Source: Toensbergia leucococca (lineage: Eukaryota). From it: 64,000 bases of DNA. Below, piece after piece: positions 39,749 to 52,728 of this stretch (its first letter is position 1; each line of letters opens with the position of its first letter). Location of the stretch: the NCBI GenBank assembly GCA_022813965.1, contig JALDZS010000037.1, forward strand, positions 1 to 64,000, given 5' to 3'. The notes below the pieces were generated by a model that saw only the letters and a program-made list of their open reading frames with translations, made no database searches and was not told where the DNA came from. Position numbers and translations under genes: made by a program.

Positions 39749-41024
39749 GTTGTTGGTTGTTAGCATTGGGTTCAATACTTTGGCATGTCCAATCATCCAA
39801 GACGAAGATAGGGTTCTACGTAATTCTTCAGCACTAACGTTTCCACCGCCTTTCTTTCATAGGTAAGTACCAGCCTAGCAGAGTTGGCGCTTGAGGATAG
39901 AGACTCAAGACTAGAAAAAGGCTGCTAATAATGGACGATGTAGGCATCAATGATGTGGAGCGGAAAAGCTTATTATGTTTCATGTTTCTTGGATTTCCCG
40001 TCGAAGCTTCTATTGGCATAGAATATTCTATGGAACTCTTCCATTGCAAAATTCATCAACGGTACCAACAACTAACAATCTCACATGCACTAATACCCCT
40101 CGATCCCCACAAGTACGGGCGTCTGGCTTCAAGGATTGATCCTGTTGCTCGGTTCCCCAGGCATCACCCATACAGGCGACAGGCGGCGCCAGAAAAAGCT
40201 GACAAGCCGAAACGTAGTCTTCATATAAAAGCACCTTCTATTGAGATATCAAGATCAGTGGCCTGTAAGCCGCTTATCACCGTCTGATATAACTTGCATG
40301 TGATGTGGCATCTCTGATGCGAATACTACGAGTGTCTTGTCGATTCAATTCTGGAAAGATAGCTAGCATGTTCCTTGCAAGACTAACGTGGTTTACTAAA
40401 CGCCACGAACTGAGCGTTGAAGAGGTCATAGCTACCGACGCCTCAAGCCAGTCGGACCTCGGAATTCGCGACGATTGGAATGGCATTTGTCGTTCGAGGT
40501 CAGACAGTACTCGCTCGAGTATGTCACCATCGGCGAAGTCCTCATCCGTGCCATCATAGGACCTGTTCGGTTTTCTTATTCTTATCAATCCTCATATTGC
40601 TTCATCACCTTACCCCAGACAAATCACAAAGCCTCGTACCAACTAGGTAAGGAGGTAAGGTACCTAGTAGGTAAGGTACCCACAACGCACACTCACGCTA
40701 CTCTGCTCCCCGGTCCCCAGAAGGTGCCTCAGTGCCTCGCGTGCTTCCCTCCAATCAAGTCTTAAGACATAGTATGGGGAACACGGGCCGGCATTGCAAG
40801 TTCTTGGAAAAGTCTCGAAGGACAAGCTAGTAGAGCGGAAGGCTTGATGCAAATCAGCAATACCCTAACAAGAAAAAGACCCTTTTCAATTACATCCCTC
40901 TGTTTCAATATGGGCTGCCCTCTTTCATATCCTCGTCACAACAACTACTGCCATTGTCACTCTTCGATACTACATCAACACCTCAACCATGCTACCCCAG
41001 GTTCTAATTCTATACTGAAAGCCC

Positions 41025-42563
41025 ATGGAAGCACGTACTATACCACCTCCAGGAGGTGATCGGAACCTGGGCCCTGTGCTCCTCGGAGTGAATTGGACTG
41101 TCTTTACCTTGTCAACATTGGCTGTATGCTTAAGATTGATCACTCGGGCTTGGATAACCCGTAATCTTGGGTGGGATGATGTTACCATGGCCTTTACTCA
41201 GGTGAGATGTATGATCCCTTCATGCAGGCAATTCAACTAATCCATACTTAGATGACGAATACCGTGGGACTGGGCTTTGTCATGACAGAAGTTGCCAATG
41301 GGCTCGGACGACATAGATACTATCTAGCCAAACCGGCATATAGCAAATACGCTAAATACAGCTATCTTGATTGGCTCCAAGTGTTTATAACTCTTGCCCT
41401 TTGCAAGATATCTATATGCATGTTCCTTTTGCGTCTCTCCAGTTTCAACAAGCTTAGGAGACTTTTGTACGCTTTAATAGCCTTCTTGGTTGTCTCAACC
41501 GTGCCTCTCACCATCTTGATGGCACTACAATGTAGGCCTGTGGACAAGTATTGGGATACTGCAGTGACTGGCAAGTGTTTTTCTATGGCTACTGTGGAGA
41601 AGATTGTAATTGTTCAGGGAGGTATGTTAGGCTTTCACATCATGCGCTCTCTCTGTAGCAGCAGAGAAATCATCCAACTTTTGATCGTCTAGCTGCTAAG
41701 ATTCACAGTTTGCTCTATCATAACGGACGTTATTGGGGCGGCTTTCCCAGTGGTTTTACTATGGAATGTGAAGATCAGCATTCGAACTAAAGTGGCCTTG
41801 TGCCTTCTGATGGGACTTGGTGTCATGTGTGTATCACCGATATATCCATTTAATTTTCCTTCCCTAGAGCTGACTTTGCCATCGTTTTCAGTACTGCTGT
41901 AGCATGTGTTGTCAGAACCTCGTTCTCGTGGCAGATCAAAAGTAACGACGTCACTTGTGAGGAATAACCTATCCAACTGTTGAAAATCATAAGTCTTCAA
42001 GCACTGATATTTCTATGATCTGCAGGGGTTGGAATTCCCAATGCACTAGCAAGAATGTATGATTCCTCCGAACTTTTGTCTTACCTACTCCGTCTTCCTT
42101 CCCCGCGACTTTGCAACTTGGCTCATTAGTGCTTAGGATTGAAATCAATCTCGGTATCATTGCTGCCTGCGCCCCAGTCATGAGACCCTTGGTCCGCTAC
42201 ATCGATGCCCGCATTGCAGGCAAAGACACCGACCAACTCTTTCGCAAAACTTCATCACCACGCATACACTCTCACTGGTACACAAATCTTTGGACCTCGC
42301 GTTTTGCTTCTCTCCCCGGATCCTATGCTACAGACGCCAAATCGGACCCTTCTTCAAGGCGAAATCTATTCCACGTCGCAGCCAGGAAGGCGCATTTCAA
42401 CGACACGACGATGACTACTACCGAGACTTTGGATTTGCCAATTCAGGGCATACGAAAGACTACGGAATTTGACGTTGGGGAGCATGAAGCTGATGCTTTT
42501 GAGTCGCAGAGGAGCTTGGACGCGGGGATGGGAACGAGGTGGCTTGTGCAGCATCAGGTCTAA
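41025..42563 (+). CDS. PTH11-like (fungal rhodopsin-domain) 7-TM integral membrane protein without CFEM; 6 exons
   Basis: LRLITR...LGWDD, GLGRH, KISI, QCRPV..YWD, TD....FP..LLW, LMGLG and EINLGIIAAC-P-MRPL. Confidence 0.85.
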
Positions 42564-43269
42564 GCTGGTTCTTGGACTCACAAGATGGTAATGATGGAAA
42601 TCTGAAATGTACAATATGATGCCGCTGTATGGTTTGTGTGGTATAGTGAGTGTATTATATATACTCCGATCTGCTCCTTCCATCCTCCTTGAATACCATT
42701 ACAAATAGAGAAAGTTTGAAAATCCTCAGCAGGGGAAACCGTGACTCATTTCCCGATCTGAATGCAATCATTTCGCTCGGCAATGGGGGGGTGGCGATAA
42801 GTGCGAGCTTGAGGGGGCGTACCTACTACTAATCCGCCGATGCCTACGCATCAAGTCGCCCCCACAAATTTTGGTGGACTGACACATCCTGAGGAGAAAT
42901 CAGTGGACTTTTGCTGAGGTTTGTCTTATCATCTCTATCTAATCCCGGGGGACTTTGCCAATGAATCTTTGCACCCCCCCCACACACCCACCCATCCCGA
43001 TACTCTCCAACCCCCATCCTCGGACATCGGAACCGGCCCAAATGGCCAGGCCCTGGCCTCATCCCTACCTACCTACCTACCTACCGGCTCTGTATCATAC
43101 AGAAAAATAAGGTTATCTAACACCCTTTCCCTTTCACCCCTCTCTTTCACTTCTGAGTGTTTCACTGCCCCCCAGCTTTCAGGGGCAGTCACTGTTTTCT
43201 TTCTTTTCTTCCTAGATGTCTGTTCTGCCTTGATTGTGCAATGTTTTGCGCAAGCTGGGCATACTCTTT

Positions 43270-44300
43270 GGTTGTGAATGTTTTGGTTGTGCAATGTTTT
43301 GGAGAGGTGTTGAGGATTTGGTTTTTTGAGGGGGGGGTTTTTGTGGGTTTTGGTGAGGAGGTTAGTGGGGGGTGTTGGTGGGGGTTTTGAGGGGGGTGTT
43401 GGTGAGGGTGTTGGTGAGGGTGTTGGTAAGGGTGTTGGTGAGGAGGTTTGAGGGGGTTTGAGAGGTGAAGGATTGAGTCTGTTTTGGTTTGATGATTTTT
43501 TTGAGGGGAGGGGGGGGTTTTACTTTTTTGTTGTTGAGGGAGGAGGGGTTTGAGGTGAGGTTTTTTTTTGATAAGAGGAGGGGGTTGAGAGTGAGAGGGA
43601 GTGAGTTTGAGAGGGAGGGAGAAGTGAGTAAGAGAGTAAATTGATCACTTTTTTTTTCTTTTTTCTGCTTTGTTGTTCTTATTTGTGTTCTGAATTTGTC
43701 TTTCTTTTTTGTTTCTCTTGACTTTTTTCTTTTTTTTTTTTTTTGAAGATTTTGAATAGAATGTGTAAGCTATGTGTTAGAGAGAAAGGGTTTCTTTTTA
43801 TTTTGTTTAACTTTTCTAAGATAGAGATGATGTTTTATTGATGAGTGAATAAGAGGTGAGAAGTTTGAGTGTGTGATGGTTTTGAAAGGAGGTTTTGATG
43901 TGTAGATGATTATGATATGAGAAGAGAGAAGAAATAAAGATTCTGAAAATTTGTGTTTGAGTAATCAGTGTGTGTGATGAGGTGTTCTGAAAAATTTGAG
44001 GGTGAGAAAGAATATGTCTGATTCACTAAACATGATAAGATGAGAGAAAGAGCTTATGCAGTCTGTTAATAAGAGATCTGTGAATGAGGTGTTTAGAATA
44101 ATGATAGAAAAGACTTCTCTGTTGACTGAAGACTAAAGAGGGCTGTTGTGACAAGTGATGTTTCTTTGACGTTGAGAATTGTATAATTGAGATTGAGATT
44201 GTAGATTTTTGTTTGACTCTTAAAGTAGAATAGATGTTTTAGGAATGTGATGACTCGAGAAGTTTGAGGAATATGAGAGGGAGGATTGAGGGAACGAAAT
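43270..44300. repeat. Strongly C-depleted (plus strand) low-complexity tract with 12-bp GGTGTTGGTGAG tandem repeats; probable hypermutated relic
   Basis: About 1 kb with very few C and almost no CpG, and no long ORF. Tandem units at about 43394-43443. Confidence 0.55.
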
Positions 44301-44532
44301 CGCAAATAAACAAACTTATCATTATTCTGCTATGTCCTGTGAAAATATACCTATAAACCCTCACCAGTACTCCTACATCCCCTTCACAGACTTCAAAAAA
44401 CTCACCTTTACTCCTATATACCCTCTCAACAGACGCCTACAGAAAAACTTACCTTTTCTCTCCCGGCTTCCTTGAAACTCATCTTCCATGACTCACCTTT
44501 GCCCCCGTATACTCAACTAACCGATGTCAAAC

Positions 44533-45876
44533 TTAAGCTTCCACATTTCCCCAAGCCGAGATCTTCAATGACGAGTTGCCCTCCGATGTACCAGGTCTCT
44601 CTCCCTCAGTAGTCTGGCGGACAGGTGCTCGACCTTGTTTCATTGGCCTTAGCTTTAGCCATGACGAAGTCTCCCTTGGCGGAGCAGCCACTGGTGTACT
44701 AGGTTGTTCCAGCATTTCATCCTGAAGGACAGATACTGGGCCTAATCTGAACGGTGTGATCTTTCCCCATGGGGCAGTAGTCGGTGGCTGCGTACTTACA
44801 GAGGTAGTGGATTCCATGTCGGAAGATTTTGCTAATCCCAAGTTGAAATTCAACGTACCAAGCTTGGCTCCCCACTGCGAAGGAGCTTTCGACGTAATGG
44901 GCGAAGTCTTCCACGGTGAAGGTTTTTTTGATGTAGTGGGCGAGGTCTTCCACGGGGACGGGCGCTTCAATGTATCCGGCTCCTTGAAATCTGAAGTCTT
45001 TATTGTTCCCAATTGGCGAGACTTCCCTTTCCAAGCACCCTCCGATATCACGGGTCTTTTCATCTCTACGTCTTGAAGGTCCGATGCTTGACCGCAACTG
45101 AGTGCCTGTGTTGGAGGAAAACGACTCATGTATTTATCTAACGAAGCTTGCCGAGCGGCTAAGCATATCTCCAGATTGCTCTTTATTATTTCTCTGGACC
45201 GAGGGCACATGCTGATATGCCTTTTGAAGTCGACCTGCTGGACAGGGTGCAAAGTTTCCTGATGTAGCATCCTGGGGTCTTGGATGACGACAACGGATGG
45301 TACTTTCCATCTCCAAGAGGCGTTTCGCCCAGCAGAAATTGTCTTTACCGCCGTGGGCTTATGGCACTCTACTTCCCGGGGTCCAATTGATAGAATCTGG
45401 AGGCGGCGTGGCGGGTTCGTCGATATCACTAGGCAAGGGTGCCTTTCTGGATCTTCGCGCGAAGTCTCCCTCCGGTAGTAGTCGGGGAGCACGATAACAA
45501 AGTGCTTTGGATGGCTGATATCTTGGGGGTCTGCGAGAGAAAGGTCAGCTGAAGGCATGTAATCATACACTTGCCAAGGGACGATTGGGTCATGCTCGCA
45601 CGTGCACAAGTTACAGCATCCCACGACGGGTTTCTCGGCTCTCTCAGCGACCCAAGAACATTTCATCGCGTAGACCTTTCCTCTCCTAAATCTGTATGCA
45701 AAGTTTTGGAAGACCCTTCGCTGGCGCAATGGATAAGGACTTTGGAAAGATTGCAGTATATAGACAGGAAAGGGTGTCGGAGCGGCGAGTATGAGGAGGG
45801 GGAAGTTTAGCAAAGCACCTGGGGACACATATATACTAGGAACACTCGCTGATGTCTTGCACGAAGACAATATCAT
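44533..45876 (-). CDS. Hypothetical protein (long ORF; true start uncertain) with a Ser/Thr/Pro-rich C-terminus containing 12-aa repeats
   Basis: 447-codon open frame containing KRPSPWKTSPTTSKKPSPWKTSPITSK. Confidence 0.55.
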   Translation of the reverse strand: MILSSCKTSASVPSIYVSPGALLNFPLLILAAPTPFPVYILQSFQSPYPLRQRRVFQNFAYRFRRGKVYAMKCSWVAERAEKPVVGCCNLCTCEHDPIVPWQVYDYMPSADLSLADPQDISHPKHFVIVLPDYYRRETSREDPERHPCLVISTNPPRRLQILSIGPREVECHKPTAVKTISAGRNASWRWKVPSVVVIQDPRMLHQETLHPVQQVDFKRHISMCPRSREIIKSNLEICLAARQASLDKYMSRFPPTQALSCGQASDLQDVEMKRPVISEGAWKGKSRQLGTIKTSDFKEPDTLKRPSPWKTSPTTSKKPSPWKTSPITSKAPSQWGAKLGTLNFNLGLAKSSDMESTTSVSTQPPTTAPWGKITPFRLGPVSVLQDEMLEQPSTPVAAPPRETSSWLKLRPMKQGRAPVRQTTEGERPGTSEGNSSLKISAWGNVEA

Positions 45877-47608
45877 TATGCTCGTACATCAAAGAAATAT
45901 AGAAATCGTTCCAAGTAATGCCATAGTAAGTGAAAGAAACCCGGGTCAAAGGACGATGTCGAACATGAAAGAAATTTGGGACGCTTTGAATGAATGCCAT
46001 TGTGCGTGAAAGAAAATCAAGCTGAGTTGCAACCTGTTTATTGGAGAATAATGAATTAATGAAACAATGCCTCCGGAACGAAGTCATGGCCCACAGAACG
46101 AGAAGCGAAGGCATGTGGCCTTTGTGCCTGGCTTTCCAGTTGAGAAACAAATTATCTGCAAAATTGAGAGCATCGCTGATAGGTGATTTGCTGAAATACT
46201 AGTTCAATTTAGAGGGTGAAGCTGGGAGAGTTGCTGAATTGGATATATAATCTAGCACCCGTAACATCATCAATCATGCTGAAGGCTTTCTCTATCTACC
46301 AAAGGTATATTCGTATCAGAACTCAAGTGTAGTGAGTATATCGTTCTGTTAATGATTCAGAACATGTAGTGTACGATGGAATATTTTTTAACGATTTAGC
46401 AACGGGATGTTAGCCTGGTCATCTTACTGCCGATGCAGATACCACACCAAGCACAGATCCATCAGCCGTACTAGAAGGTAGGAGATTTAGGAGGTCGAGT
46501 TTCCTCGTAAAGAATTGAACTTTAGCAAGCCTAAACAGAGAGCTACGTACTAGATCCATCAGATTGACAGCATGAGAATAGTGTATGACTGAAGGTATCA
46601 AAATCTAGACGCATAGCTTGTATAGAAAAGGACCCCCCACAGATAGGCAGTGGTCAGCGACCTGTCATTTGGATGGCTGCCTGGTACAATAGCAAGTCTG
46701 GTTCGCTCTCTCGGCTCTCTGTGCCGTGGCAAGTCAACCGAAACAACTGTGGCGTGGCTGCAAAGCGCAAGAAGGCAGACACCATTGGCTGATGAAGAGT
46801 TCTTGTGCATGCACGATTGGTGACGGGGATCTTGGTTTTTCACTCGAAGGATGTTTTTCAAGGGGCTGTATGAGACAGCTTGGAAGAGGTCTATGTTTTT
46901 GTAATGTTAGGTTGTGCTGTAAATAGAGTTTGGAGGTTGAATCTTGAATAATACTCGTGATATTCTAAAATAACCCCTGGATGCGACCTTTAGCTTGGTT
47001 TTGTTAGCTAAATAAATAGTACTTTTATTCTAGTTTGGCACTGAGCACCTCAGCGCTATGTCAGACATTTGAATCATATGTGAGTACGAATATTCCGTGG
47101 TGGAAAAATTGTGTGTCAGACCGTGTACTCTTATAATTGGTATAATTTCCACTTGATTGCGGTGTATTCTACCGATATTGAAAGCTAATACGAATTTACA
47201 ATCTAGTACAATGAGTGACAGCAAGATACTGGAGGCCTGATCATTACCCTCTCGTACCTCTTCATGAATTGTATCCAAAATATTCCGTGCCATGACCGAG
47301 TATCAAAACCGCACTTGTCGCCTTTAAATACCAGCCAACTTCGATAGCTCAAGGTGCTTTGTACTCCGTGAGACAGTGTCTAGTTTATGCAAGATGGATA
47401 AGGCCACAGGGTGGTGTGCGGACAAGGCTGAAACGCAGAGCATCTGCGGACAGTTGCCACAGCACAACATCTCCTGCTTACTACTTACATACTGGGTAGA
47501 GAGAATGCTTAGGTTCGATTGCTCTCGGATATCTTCAAACATCTTACAGCTGGTCCTCTCAGAGCGCATCTTGCTCTTGCGAAAAGTCGAGACACCGCTT
47601 CAACAATA

Positions 47609-50600
47609 ATGCCCTCTTCGCAGCACATTACAAGACTTTTGGTCTTCGTTGATGGGACTTGGTATACTCCAGACGGCTCCCGTGGCTTGAACGGTTGGTC
47701 CTTCGTTACTTCAGGGACCTTGGACCCTCTGAGACTAATGAAGAACAGGTGACTTCAAAGGCAACACGAGCAATGTCTACCGTATGTTTGCATCGACAAA
47801 AGAAGGACATATTGACGAAGGAAATGGAAGAATAGTCACTCAGGTACGGAGCACAGTATTGCTCTCACGTCCAAAGATTCATGCTTGGATATGGTAGAAA
47901 CAATGGCTGACTAGATTTACTCTTTCTTAGAAGAGAAGGTACTACCATGGAATCGGGTCGACCGAGTCTCAATCTGTCATTAGAAAGCTCCAGGAAGGCG
48001 TCTACGGCGAGGGTTGTAAGGATATGATCAAAGAAGTATATCAAGATGCTTGCAAAGAATTGACAAGTCCCGACGACGAACTTTGGCTGTATGGCTTCAG
48101 TCGCGGAGCATATGTCGTTCGTGCCGTTGCCGGTCTGTTCCATCACATTCATGCCATCGCTGCCACCGATCTAGAGGACTTCAACATTGCATACTCGGAA
48201 TCCCTCCGTTTACTCCCATCCATTCAGGGAGCAGATAGGCGTCGTGGAGGGGCCATCCATTATCAATTAACTGCGTCACAAACTCGTTTGGCTCCGAAGA
48301 TCAGATTCGTCGGGACATTTGATACGGTCAAGTCAGTTGCACATAACTCACTGTATGACATTTCCCTTGTCGATTCGATAGAGAATTTCCGTCATGCCGT
48401 TGCGTTAAACGAGAGGCGTCAAGCTTTCTCTCCAGAACTTATCTTCCCTGATAAGAAACAGATCGACTGCAATGAACGCACAGCGGTACAGGCATGGTTC
48501 CTCGGTACACACGCCGACATGGGCGCTGGTAACAATCAGGATGGACTTTCATTGTACCCACTACAATGGATGCTGGTCGAAAGCCGTAATCAAGGCCTTC
48601 ATTTAGAGTTTCGCAAGCTCTTACGAAACTCCCAGATCATTGACAATCCGCTCAAAATTGTCTTTCCAGATAATGAGAAAGTTTGGAATTGCAAGATGCA
48701 GAATGGCATGGTTGTCGAGATGTATGATTTACGGATGATCCATACGAGCCGAGACTTTGCGCTCTCTTATAACGTTCATATTAATTGGCCGTCGAGACCT
48801 ATGCCAACAAAACCTCGGGAGCCATTCGAAAACGAAACACTACGAGGCTATGTTGATGATGGTACGTTATTCGTGCATGTCCTTATTAATATGCTAAAGA
48901 AAGATAGCGTGCCAAGGGACTATCATCCACCCGTCTGTTTATCTCGTCTTGGACACCTACTCCCATGTCTGCTTTAACGGTAAAGACTTGGAATGTCGAG
49001 CTGAAATCGAATCGTTCCGAGACTCAGCAATCCCTGAAGGGAATGAAATATTCTGGGATCAAGCTCCACTAGTGATCAACGATAAGGTTGAAGCAGCTCG
49101 TATCCTTGTTTGTGGAAATACAGGTGTTGGGAAGAGTACATTAATCAACAGAGTCTTTGGCGTACCTTTGGTTTGCTGCCCTGTTACGGAGTGGTTTGAA
49201 CTTGTATAAGCTGATCATGTTCTTTGAGTAGACTGAAGAGAGCGACTATCGACAAGGACAACATGATATTAATCACGCCTTCGATTCACCTAATCATCCT
49301 CGCATTCTCATCCATGACTCATGTGGCTTTGCAGCTGGTGATACAGCAGGTGTTAGAAAGCTGAAGAAATTCTTGCAAGCCCGTTCGGGCAAAGCCAAAC
49401 CTGAAGACCGATTACATGCCATCTGGTAAGCTCCAAGTATGCTAAAGCATGCTCGGACTTCTGGAATCCTGTATGTGCTAAGATTTTTGCTAGGTTCTGT
49501 ATCGACACAGACGCAAGTCGCATTCGTGATGCAGCTACCGAAGAAACCTTCCGACTCGCCTCAAAATATGCACTTCTAGTACCCATTATCGTTATCGGTA
49601 CTAAGGCAGACAAGTTCTTGATTCAGATGAAAGGCGTATCGGAAAAGGCCGTCCAGTTTGAGAAGCGAAAAGCTTTGATAGAGAGCGAGCTGGGGTGCAT
49701 ACCATACAGTCGATTTGACGCAGCTGTCTACGTTTCAAAAGGTATGTCTTTATATTATCCGCTACCTGGAACTCGACCGCTTATTTGTATAATTGAAAAG
49801 ATGATCACGAGTCTATCGGTAGCCTAGTTACCACCACGCTTGGGTTCTTTGACGATGAGCAAATTCGTAGGCACTACATTGCTGCGCAAGTTGTTCGACT
49901 TGATGTCAAAATCAATCTGGCAATCTCTTTGAGCATGGATTACTACAAGCACGCAGTACGCTGGGCGGCCGTGCCACTCCCAGGGGTTGGTCTCACTACC
50001 GACGTCACAGTATCTTTTTTAATTTGCCACGCAGTCATTCAGGCTTTTGGATGTCCGGAATTGGATCCTAAAATCGTGCTCGGCATCTTGAAAAATACAT
50101 CATGGAGTGGCTGGGATCGTAATGCCGCTATGCTAGTGTCAGAGACTATGTCTGTCATCAGCAGCGTGCTGACGGCCGCAGCATTTTCGGCTCCGGTTGG
50201 GGCAGCTATTGCCTTGTTACAAGTTCCTGTGACAGTTGGTGCGATCTCAGGCGCTATCCTCACCTGTATATGCGATATCATTCTTATTCTGGAATCCGCG
50301 CTTGTGAATGGACATCAGTGGATCGGACGACAAGATATCGAAGATGCTGCGAAACGATTCCAGCAGGGCGAAATGGTTGCAGTCCACCGACAGGTCCACG
50401 ATCTATCTCGAAAAACAACGGCTCTGTGGACAGCTTTTCAATATCCTCGAATCCAAATTGGAATAGAAAGGATTATAAATTTGCATCGGGAACATAAAGA
50501 GAATTCTGATGTTTCAGTCCTTGCACCAGCTCAAAGTACTGAATCCGAGCTTGAGAAAAAAGATGAAGAGCTGCCTCTTCAAGCTAGTGTGAATTCTATG

Positions 50601-50771
50601 CCAAACTTGGAATACGACAAAGCTGAAGGCCCGAGGCCTGACGTCATCGAGAACAGAATTTCAGAGATTTCAGAGAATGAATCGAAAGTCTCAAAAACGC
50701 AGTCTGCTCCTGAGGCTCGGAGGGTGACTAAATTGAGGAAGATGCTGCCTTGGGGTACGAAAAAGATGTAG
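47609..50771 (+). CDS. DUF2235 (Tle1-like alpha/beta-hydrolase) fused to a TRAFAC-type P-loop GTPase and a hydrophobic C-terminal region; about 7 exons
   Basis: Hydrolase motifs VFVDGTW, SNVY, YYHGIG, GFSRG, FDTV, HAVALNE and WFLGTHADMG. GTPase motifs G1 GNTGVGKST, G3 DSCG and G4 TKAD. All are joined in frame by GT-AG introns. Confidence 0.85.
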
Positions 50772-52728
50772 ACGGATTCATACTTTAACGCTTTTGGGAC
50801 GTCATGACATTTTTGTTCTAGGCTGCGACGCTTAGGCTAGATGGGATATCCACTAATAGTAAGAAAATAGGCGTAAGGAGTCTGATAAGAATATGGGCCT
50901 CAAGCCAGACGTTTCGACATAGGAATATAGATGGGGCGTTGGGATAGTGCTGGCAAACATCTAACGACACTTTAATTTGACATGAAGGATTTTGGGTTCA
51001 TGGGATATCGGTAGCAGCTCACATAATTGATCGCAATGGTATGTGGGCGTGGGAGAGGTCGTCCAAGGGGATGACGAGAGGAAGGGGCACACTAAGGAAT
51101 GTCTTGGAAATATGCTTTTTCTCTGGGGTCATACTTTGATATTCAAATGAATGTAATGATAATACACAGATAATTTCCCAATCTATCTAAAATTAATATA
51201 TGTGTACAGGAGCTCGACATTAAATCTCTCCTCGTTCAAGTCCTATCAGTGTGGACCGGACCGACAATCATCCAGATTAATATTTGTGTGCCTAACATCC
51301 ACTACATCCATATCCCTCGACGAGGGAAGGATAGAATTATTGTGCCAATCCCGGGGTTTCAGGAGCGACTTATTTAAATGGTGCGAGCGTGTCTGTTAGT
51401 TACTTCATTGCAATGTGACACTTCTGGCTCGCGACAAGGGAAGCTATCAAAACGGGGCTCGGGGGTTAGCCTGTCAAGGTCTTCTATTGTAGCAAAGTAT
51501 GAGGTGAATACTTTGATGTCTCATATCAGAGGCACTCTTATCTCTGAATTGCTTCAGTGGTTTATATTTATTCTTGAATCTACCTCACCTTTTGCACTAT
51601 GGGTTGGGGGCCATAGGAACCGGCGTCTCGTGTTGTTGGCATACAAGTCATACCAAATCACCATGGCCAAACAACATCCAACCTTCTGTCACAGCTTTCA
51701 CTGACAAAGCAGTGATTGACTGCTGATTCCGGCCATGAAACCAAGCTGCTACCGAAACCCTCTCAATCACAGTCTACAAATGTCCAAAACGAGCTATTTT
51801 GTCATTCCTTCTGATCCCCTGGGGAAGGTTGTCACATCTTTCAAGAATTGCCCCGATTGAAAGAGATCTGCCAATCGTTGAGATGTTCAGCTCGAATGTG
51901 GATATTCCCGAACTTTTTTCATACAAAGAGGATATTTTCTGGTCTATGATCTTTGGCTTAAATTTGGCATGTATGGCCTCTCGTTGCTTACCTTGGGTTC
52001 TTGGGTCATGTATGCTATTTTTGATTGATTGATATTGTTGGTTGTTTGGTTAGGGGGTTTGAGAAGGTGGAGAAGTGAAATTTTTGGTCGTAACGAAGGA
52101 GAGCTGAGAAGAAGAAGAAGAAGAAGAAGAAGGGAAATAGGGAGGATGAGGACTGGATGCGGAGATTAGATCCTACTCGTTTTTTTTTTGGGAATCTGTC
52201 TCTGTTCTCCATTTCAAAGGCCAAGTCTCGTTTTCAATAGAAAAGTTTTGGGAATTTTTTGTTGCGGGTTTGCTTCATGTATGTGGATTTTGCAAGTTTT
52301 GCTATAAAAGATGCTTGAGAATTGAGGATTAGGATAGCTTATTTTTGAGGAAGGTTTGTGGGAGTTGGGGGGTGGGGATGGTTGAGTGATGGAAGTGAGA
52401 GTTTTTGAAGGTCAGGTTTTTTGGGGGGGGGGAGGGTTAGTGTGTGGGATTTGTCTCGTAATTTGGGTAAGAGGATATGGAGGATGTGAGATTTTGGTGA
52501 TGTTGCATGTTGGGTTTTTTGTTGTTGATCAAGATAGACGTACGTGCGTGCGTGTGTTTGTCTGGTATGTGTGCAAGGCGTGAACTAGCTGCGAGGTTGA
52601 GAGCAGGTACTTGTACATGAAACCAAATCCCGTATCTCTACAGGACAAGTTTCTCCCAACACAACAAACACCAAAGGGAAGGATAAAACCAAAAGAGATT
52701 ACCAAGACCCCTTCAATTAAACAGCCGC

